A DNA stretch of 63,375 nt, counting the filler, from Cercozoa sp. M6MM (Eukaryota; Protista; Endomyxa: Ascetosporea), in assembly GCA_040357565.1 (NCBI GenBank). It is 12 parts of 12 records of this genome, joined end to end, with 100 filler letters (N's around TTAATTAATTAA, not from the genome) between each part and the next. Parts side by side here need not be neighbours in the genome. Positions count along the whole stretch, not along the records: positions 55,657 to 57,376 come from JBDODJ010001942.1; positions 57,477 to 61,400 come from JBDODJ010001272.1; positions 61,501 to 63,375 come from JBDODJ010001897.1; 9 more parts are not named here. One strand, 5' to 3'. The translations under genes and the position numbers were made by a program. The notes under the pieces are model-generated. The model worked only from the letters and a program-made list of their open reading frames with translations, was not told the DNA's origin and did no database searches. Positions 55,741 to 63,375 of this stretch are shown piece by piece. How positions within the stretch are numbered: position 1 is the stretch's first letter; each line of letters begins with the position of its first letter.

Positions 55741-56140
55741 TTGCGCGTCGAGGTGCTACTGCCGCCGCCGAGAGCAACGGCACCGCCTTGATTCTTGACG
55801 ACAAGCTTGTCCATAAACTCATTGGTCAGTTGGTCCACTCCCTGTGTCAGTGCTTGCGCCTTGTGCTGCATCTGCACGTGCCAAGGCACCTCCTCCTGGT
55901 CCTACTTAAAACCCAGTTATCGTCCTCGCGGATCTATGCCAAAACCACACGAGAAACGCGACTCACTTTGGATGAACTGTCATCGCCTGTGCCCAGAAGA
56001 GGCTGTGAGGTCTCTGGAAGACTTTCACGAGGTGCTGTGCCGTCCGTGCGCTCATTGGAAAGGCGCAGGAACTGAGTGATCTGCGCCACCAATTCGCGGT
56101 GCTGTCGCGCGCCTCTACGCGCCGACACACGGTGCATATT
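55741..56140 (-). CDS. N-terminal exons of an unknown (possibly syntaxin-like) protein
   Basis: ELVAQITQFLRLSNE..., DQEEVPWHVQMQHKAQALTQGVDQLTNEFMDKLVV. Confidence 0.35.
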
Positions 56141-56486
56141 GGATAGTAGCACGCCTCCACGCACGTGTAGTGACCTGCTCTGAGATTTCGAGTCCGCCGG
56201 TCCGGGGTGGCTACGAATGGTGTCAAAAGTGAAAGAGCTTTGCTGGTGCTGGCGCAGACGACAGGCGCTGTCTGGAAGCTTCCGCTCGTGTGTGACAACG
56301 AAAGTTACGCGTAACTTGCTCTGCAGGCCGCGTTGCCTTTGTAGGGAGCGTGGCGTGTTTTTCTGTTTTGCTGGTGAAGCGAAAAAGTTGTGCTTTTCGC
56401 AGTGTTTCGTTTCATTCGGTTGTTTGTGTCGCCAAAAGGCGAAAGCTGAAAGTTGAAGGGTGAAAGATGAAAGATGTTCTGGGCAG

Positions 56487-57376
56487 ATGTCGATGCACGA
56501 GGAGGTGGACGACTACGAGGAGTCGGTGACGTGGATCTCGCTCTTCCTGGGCGACGAGCACAACGCGTTGCTGTGCCACGTGGATGAGGACTTCATCCTG
56601 GACCAGTTCAATCTGACTGGACTGAACCGGGAGGTGGAGAACTTCTCGCTGGCACTCGACATGATCAACGATGTGCAGCCTGAGGAAGAACTCGACGAGC
56701 AGCTCAGCGATGATGTGCAGAGCGACGCCGAGATTCTCTATGGGTGCGTGTGCTTTCACCCTTTCCCCCCCCCCCCCCCCCCTCCCCCGTTTACCCTTCA
56801 CTCCTTTTATTATTTTGCAATAGCTTTGCTTATCCATTTTACCTTTACCCCCACTTTGACCCAGTCTGGTGCACCGGAGGTTCGTGCTGACAGGCCGTGG
56901 ACTGGCCGCCATGGCCGACAAGTTCCGTCGACAGGGTTTCGGCACGTGTCCGCGCGTACTGTGCCAAAAACAAGCCGTGTTGCCGGTCGGTTTGACTGAA
57001 GACGTCGGCAAGATCGGCGTCAAGCTCTTCTGTCCGCGGTGCGAGGAGGCCTATGAGCCACCTTCCATCTACAAGAGTAGCTTTACCTTTGCCCTACTCT
57101 TCCTGACCCTTACCCTTTACCCCCTTGCTGTAGCTCTGGACGGCGCCTACTTTGGCACGACGTTTCCGCACTTGTTTTTCATGGTGTATCCGGAGCTGCA
57201 CCCGCGTGCGTCGCGTCTGTCGCAGGCCGCCGAGGAGGGTACTTTACCACAGACCCCCCACACCCCGTTGGGGGGGGCCCCCCCCGGGGGGGGGGGGGGG
57301 GGGGGGGCAGCCGGCGCGGGGGGGGGGGGGTGGCGGCCGCGACTGCAGCTTCGTGCCTCTGGTGTTCGGCTTCAAA
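56487..57376 (+). CDS. CSNK2B: Casein kinase II regulatory beta subunit (3' truncated)
   Basis: WISLF, VDEDFILDQFNLTGL, AEILYG/LVHRRFVLT, FGTCPRVLC, VKLFCPRC, LDGAYFGTTFPHLFFM. Confidence 0.96.
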
Positions 57377-57481
57377 NNNNNNNNNNNNNNNNNNNNNNNN
57401 NNNNNNNNNNNNNNNNNNNNTTAATTAATTAANNNNNNNNNNNNNNNNNNNNNNNNNNNNNNNNNNNNNNNNNNNNAAAAC

Positions 57482-58133
57482 CGTCCTCCTCCACAATGGT
57501 GACGGCCATGAGCACGTGACTCACGAGTCGGTGCACCTCGGAGGGACACCGCAGCAGCAGCGTCAGCACCGAGGGTCGTGTACTAAGGCGACACACACAC
57601 ACACACTTATCGCACCCTTAACAAAAGCCACAAAAAGGTGGCACCACTCGACGCCATTGTCGGCCATCCATGATACCTCGGGCAGTTCTGTACGAAACAG
57701 CAGTTCCTTAAGTAACCCCCCCCCCTCATGCCGGCCAGGTAGGCAGGTACCACGCAGCGGCTGCAGCAGCTGTCGCAGCGCCGCCGCTTCGTCGAAGGCG
57801 TCGACCAGTTCGTTCGAGCAGTCGTTGTGGAAGGCGCCGTCTGCACACAAAGCTCCCTGATCTCCTCCCCCCCCCCCCGCAAAGATTACCCAGCCTTTCG
57901 ATGGCCTCATCAATGTCGCGCAACTCCTCGTGCGCCTGTAACTCGTCCGACGTCACGTCGGCTAGAATATGTGCCTCGCGCAGCACGCGCACCAGGGTCG
58001 GCGCCACTGTGGCAGACACACCGCACACATCGCGTTCCGAATTCTTGTCGGGGAACCTTGGCATCAAATAGCGCGGGGAGACACCGCTTGTTACCTGATG
58101 ACAGTGCCGCCATATCAGTGCAGAATTATGCAC
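57482..58133 (-). CDS. N-terminal exons of an unknown protein
   Basis: Exons ELRDIDEAIERL/GALCADGAFHNDCSNELVDAFDEAAALRQLL/ELLFRTELPEVSW. Confidence 0.5.
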
Positions 58134-58486
58134 GTTCTAGTGACTGTACGCTCCGTTCAAGCTCCCAAACACTCGACTGTTGCCAGAGGTGATCAACTTG
58201 ATTCCAAGGTGCCATTCTCCGGGATAAATGTACTATCATACCTTTTTTACGTTTTATCGCAACACTACACTGGCACGTACAATTGTAGGAGTTTTTAATT
58301 TTGTCTCCTAGTTACAACTCCCATTTTTTCTCAGTTCGGATTAATGGCACTCGAGTTTTCGACCATGACCTTGGCATGACCCTGGACGATCGGTTGCACG
58401 GCTTGCAGAGCTGCCTTGTGCGCGTTTCCGTGGTTCCACTTTGAATCAGGGGCGTCGAGACAAAGCTTCAGGCCTGCGAATAATAT

Positions 58487-59441
58487 TTACATCTTTGGGC
58501 CGCAAAAACAACACTCATATATCGATACCTGCGCAGGAACTCGGACCATTCGGCAGCCACTTGGGAGCTTTCTGCTTTGAGGGATTTGCAAGGAAGCGCG
58601 ACAGGGCGCACGCTTTCTGCCAACTGGAAGCCGGCGTCCAGTCGACGCTTCAGACAAGCACCAGCATGCACGCAAGGGAGACAGACAGACATCAAGAAAC
58701 AGATACAGATAGACTTACAAGCAGAGGCGAACGTCTAGGCCAGGAGGCAAGCCGTGCTGTGTCAGAAGCTGCTTCTTGTGCTGCTCGAAATCGAGACTGC
58801 ACTGCGGCAACGCTGCGTCGACTTCCAGGAGAAGTTGATTTTGCTTCGCCGCGAGGTTTCGCACGCTGACAAAGAGAATTGTCTGCAGCAAACAGAACGT
58901 TGTGACGCGAGCTCAGAAGGGAGGACACATGCGGCTGAAGAAAAAACTAACCAGCAATGCCACGAACAGCAGCAGTCCAACGGGCAGCGATGCGATACGT
59001 GACAAGAAAAGAGACCACACGAGCGACGGCAGCAGCAAAGCACACAGCAGCACAAACCACTTAGCACTGTTGGCCGCGGAGATGCGTGGCTCCAGTAGCG
59101 ACAGACGCGGCTCAATGACGCGAACATTCACGGCATCGAGGAAGGCGACCCACTGCTCGGAGCAGTCCGAAAGAAACGCGGGCGTCGCCGTCAAGGGCAG
59201 TCTAAGCGTGTGCGCTCTGATCATCGAGAATCAAGCCGTAAGAACAGACAAACTGCCACAGATATCGAACGTACTGCACGACAGAACGCCAGTGCATTGT
59301 ATGCAACGCGTGGGTACAAGTGCCAGACATGTCGGGAGTCACGCATGCGATCTCGTAGTCCGACTCTTCTCCATTGGGAGTGACTCGAACTTCGACCTTT
59401 TGCTGCACAAAAGCATTGAGGGGAACGAGCCCGTCATTCAT
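58487..59441 (-). CDS. Orphan two-TM membrane protein
   Basis: MNDGLVPLNAF... and the hydrophobic hairpin WFVLLCALLLPSLVWSLFLSRIASLPVGLLLFVALL. Confidence 0.5.
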
Positions 59442-59793
59442 AAAAATTAATTACCGCCAGCAGCGGTTGGCCCTGCATCTAAAATGCGCAGCAACGGTAA
59501 GTGGATAAGAGTACTGTGTTTGCACTGAAAACAGATTCAATTGTTATGCTCCACGAGCTGCGATCTGCGATTGGTCGGTGTATAATAGTTGCTGATACTT
59601 CCAACACTTCAGTTCAGATAATAATCCGCTTTAGACCGACACTACGAAATTCTGCATCTATTGGGGGTTTTCCTTGCGTTGTATCGTATTGAGCGCAATG
59701 TTTGAATTACCCCACCCCTGTGCTATTATCTACACGGATGCGTATGTACGTTACGGGCTCGAGACGTGATTACGGTCAGAAGTCGTGTCTTGG

Positions 59794-60820
59794 TTAATCC
59801 CTGGGGCAGAAGACGGCGCGCACAATGCGCAGCAGGCGCTGCAGAGCGGTACGCTCCACAAGAGGCGGCACGTCGCACTCGTGCTGGCGCAGCACTGCAG
59901 TTTCAAGTTTGTCAAAACAATGAAGACGCTTGAACATGACATGAAAGGAGCAGGGTCGGTACGCGCGACGACGTTCTGGCGCTCGCGGTTCACGTCGACG
60001 ATGGCCTGTTCGAGATCAATTTCGCCATTCCTGCTCAGGCAACCTTGCAGGTGTTAATGGATTATAAGAAGAAAGAAGAGAGGAAGCACCTGGCCTCAAG
60101 GATGAAGCGACGTTCGGAACTCTCATCGGCGAGTGTGATGACCGGTGCCTTGCCTCTGTGCACACGTGCAGTGAATGACTTGACAGTGATACCGTAGACT
60201 GTAGTCGAAGGACAAGGGTCCAAGTGGTACAGTGCCATCGTGCGCAGGTCAAAGAGTTTCTTAGCGGCGTGATAGACGAGCTTGCGACGCCGGAAGGACG
60301 CCTTCTCCGACTGGCCTGCACAACCCAACGAGTTCCCTTCAGAGAGTTCCTCCTGGCTTGTGCAGAGGGATCAACGTGAACAGACCAGATTCGGCACGTC
60401 GCAGCTTGTGCAGGTGCGAGTCGGCAAAACCCAGGAACTTGCCAACGGCCTGCTGCGACACGATGGACGGCCTGAGTTGTTGGGCAATGTACTGCCACAC
60501 AGGCGACTGATACACGATGCCTCTCGTTGCGAACAGACATTCGAGTGCTGTGCAATTGTGTCTCCCAGTTAGAGGCCCCACACACTTCGCAGGAAAGAGG
60601 CAACGCACCACGCACAGTGCCCTTGATGCACGAGTCTAGGAAACGCGACAACTCAATGGCGCTGCCTTCGGCAATGTCAGCCTTGTCCACCACCATTTCT
60701 TTCAATGGGTAGAACTATGCACACACACAAACATGTTCCAATCAAAAAGCCCACTGTGGTGTGTACCCCGTAGTGGCTTTGTGGGGCACTCGCACTGCGA
60801 CAACAAGACACAAATGTATA

Positions 60821-60866
<46 letters not shown>

Positions 60867-61078
60867 ACAAACACAAACACACACACACACAGATATATAT
60901 ATATATATATATATAGATAGAGAGAGAGAGAGAGAACAGATAGATATAGATAGGTAGAGAGAGAGAGAGAGGGAGGCACCTCATCAATGCACGCGTATCC
61001 TCGCAGAACACGATAAAGTAGTCCTGTGCCACAACACAGACAACACACATACACCACACATACACACAAAATGAATGT

Positions 61079-61170
<92 letters not shown>

Positions 61171-61349
61171 AAACTCACGCGGTCGCTGGTGGCGATGTCG
61201 AGGTTGTACATGTAGGATCCAACGCGTGCCACAAAGAGCACCTTGGAGGGACACAAGGAAGCACCCAACTCCGACAGAACCGCTTGGATCTGCGGCGACT
61301 CGCGCACACTCTCGGCGTGTGCCGCCCTCAGCGCGATCACTTTGTCATC
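59794..61349 (-). CDS. Pol-beta-superfamily nucleotidyltransferase, RlaP/YcgL (Nuc-transf)-like (5' truncated)
   Basis: VGSYMYNLDIATSDR/DYFIVF (GSxxYxLxxxxSDxD), IELSRFLDSCIKG, ALECLF, KLVYHA, ERRFILEAR/NGEIDLEQ, ends LQRLLRIVRAVFCPRD*. Confidence 0.8.
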
Positions 61350-61400
<51 letters not shown>

Positions 61401-61500
61401 NNNNNNNNNNNNNNNNNNNNNNNNNNNNNNNNNNNNNNNNNNNNTTAATTAATTAANNNNNNNNNNNNNNNNNNNNNNNNNNNNNNNNNNNNNNNNNNNN

Positions 61501-61563
<63 letters not shown>

Positions 61564-61575
61564 GCACGCAAATAC

Positions 61576-62192
61576 CGCCATACGCAATCTTGAGACGACC
61601 CTTGCCTTCGGGAATCTAGTGAGTGTACAGGGCGGTTACACAGGTTATCTGTGCCCTTGGCGTATACGAGACAGGGTACCTTGTAGTTCTCGAACCAGTC
61701 GCGCACCTTCTCCAGCGTACCTGGTCGCATAGAGAAACGTTACACATATACATAACGTTACACATTATATAACGTTAGAGGTATGGGAGAAGAGTACCCG
61801 GCCAGGTGTTTTCGATGTCCTTCAACGTGTTGATCTTGCTGCATCGTCGTATACATTATATATATATACATATATATAAAGACAGACACGAAGTCACATT
61901 GAGAACAACGGTACGCTGCTTCTGGGATGCCAGAGTTGATTCCGATAATCTTCCAGTCACTCTCTACGTGGACGCAAACCTTCTCACAGCAGCTACGTAG
62001 ATATAGGAAATGCACCTCCGCCATCGATGACACCGAGGGCGCCAAGCACCTATAAGTTTGTGTAAGCATAATACGGCAGGACAGAAATGTACATGGTACC
62101 TTAAGGTGGTAGATGCCACCGACAGCGAGTGCCTGCGGCGCCAGGTCGACCACGTCGAGAGGGTCGTTGTCGCCGGGTGCTCCTAGCTGCAT

Positions 62193-62236
<44 letters not shown>

Positions 62237-63312
62237 ACACAGGTTCCTACTGCAGAGACATGTCCCCCAGAAAAACACAGTTTACAGCTTTATCCATGTG
62301 CAGAGGCGACTCCCAGGTTTGCGGCAGCATGCCTATACACATGCACATTTAAGTTCACACAGACACACAGACACACAGACACACAGACACAGGCACACAC
62401 ACAGACACACGAATCGGCAAGTGAAGTACCGTAGTTGAAAGGAATCGGGCCAGCCTTGAAGAAGCGCAAGCTGCCATCTGCGTGGGGGTCGGATAGCATA
62501 GGCAACAACAAAGTATGCCGGTTGAGTCTCTTCTCAGTCGAGTACCCTTATTGCGGTCCTGCTGGATGGCGTTGAGTTCGCACGTGGTGTCGACTTCCAT
62601 CTTGGCGTTCGAGCCTGCAGTGAGGGGGTAAACACACAAAGGATAACTGGCAGTAAAGGGAACAAGCCGACCCTTGGGAATCTCGATGACGCAGGTAACT
62701 TCGGGCAGACGCGTGTCCAACACAACGCCAGCCGCCACAGTAGGGTGGTCATCGACTGCACGTGCACACAGGGTGAGTCAGTGTGTTAGGTGTGTTCAAG
62801 GTGATCAAAGTGGTCACTCTGATCCTTGTGCACAGAGGTAGAAGTGGTGGTACCACCCAGGCCTTCCGAGGCACCGTTGATCTCGAGTACTTCGCGGAGT
62901 TTCACCGAGATTTTCGTGTCCTCCTTCTGCACGCACAGACACATGTGGCATACCGTCAGTCACCCAGCCACCTTAGTCACTCAGTCACTGGTAGTCAATC
63001 AGCGGTGCAACAGCTACCGTCTCTGGCAGCAGTTCCGTCACTGAGTCGGGTGAGATCTGCTTGAGGATATTCCTCTTGTCCTGTTCCTGTTACGCACACA
63101 CACACACACACACAGGATAATGCATCGATGCACATGAGTATGCAATAAAGGAGTACATTCTCTGGCGCGTGCCACAGGTCAATATCGTGCCACGGCGAGC
63201 ATGGCAACCTACAACGGCAAGGGGGGGGGGGTAACAACAACAAGGGGGGCGCTGCGAGCAGTAAAGGGTTACCAATGCTCGTTCAACGGTGGACGACCAA
63301 AGATACGCAACT
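61576..63312 (-). CDS. Family I soluble inorganic pyrophosphatase (both ends truncated)
   Basis: SPWHDIDL, VIEIPK/GSNAKMEV, NY/GMLPQTWE, GDNDPLDVV, IDGG/ESDWKII, VRDWFENYK/IPEGK. Confidence 0.95.
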
Positions 63313-63328
63313 GTCCAAAGAGGCAAAG

Positions 63329-63375
<47 letters not shown>

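Overview
Gene-dense, intron-rich eukaryotic (protist-like) nuclear DNA. It consists of about 12 contigs joined by an artificial N-TTAATTAATTAA-N linker, so genes either side of a linker are not shown to be neighbours. Hand-splicing GT-AG introns (mostly ~40-150 nt, standard code) gives: a CLASP/TOG-like protein, an SH3 protein, a SERCA-type ATPase, a cAMP-receptor-like 7TM GPCR, BUD23, an M28 aminopeptidase, a degenerate F1-ATPase alpha paralog, a GRK-like kinase, VPS60/CHMP5, an ISWI-like SNF2, MetRS, an SPT6-like protein, PAM18, a GDPGP1-like HIT enzyme, an ER-retained (HDEL) pseudo-JmjC protein, CK2 beta, an RlaP-like nucleotidyltransferase, a soluble PPase and several orphans. The most interesting unexplained signals are: a ~190-nt structured minus-strand RNA candidate ending in U5 with a telomere-template-like CUACCCUAA (8882-9067); a structured intergenic element with segments antisense to the SSU rRNA h27/h2/h28 region (29784-30032); introns made of strand-biased (T)TACCC(C) repeats; a recurrent TCCGCGCGGA palindrome; and two apparent pseudo-enzymes. 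All calls come from reading by eye with no database search, and the ends of multi-exon models are approximate.
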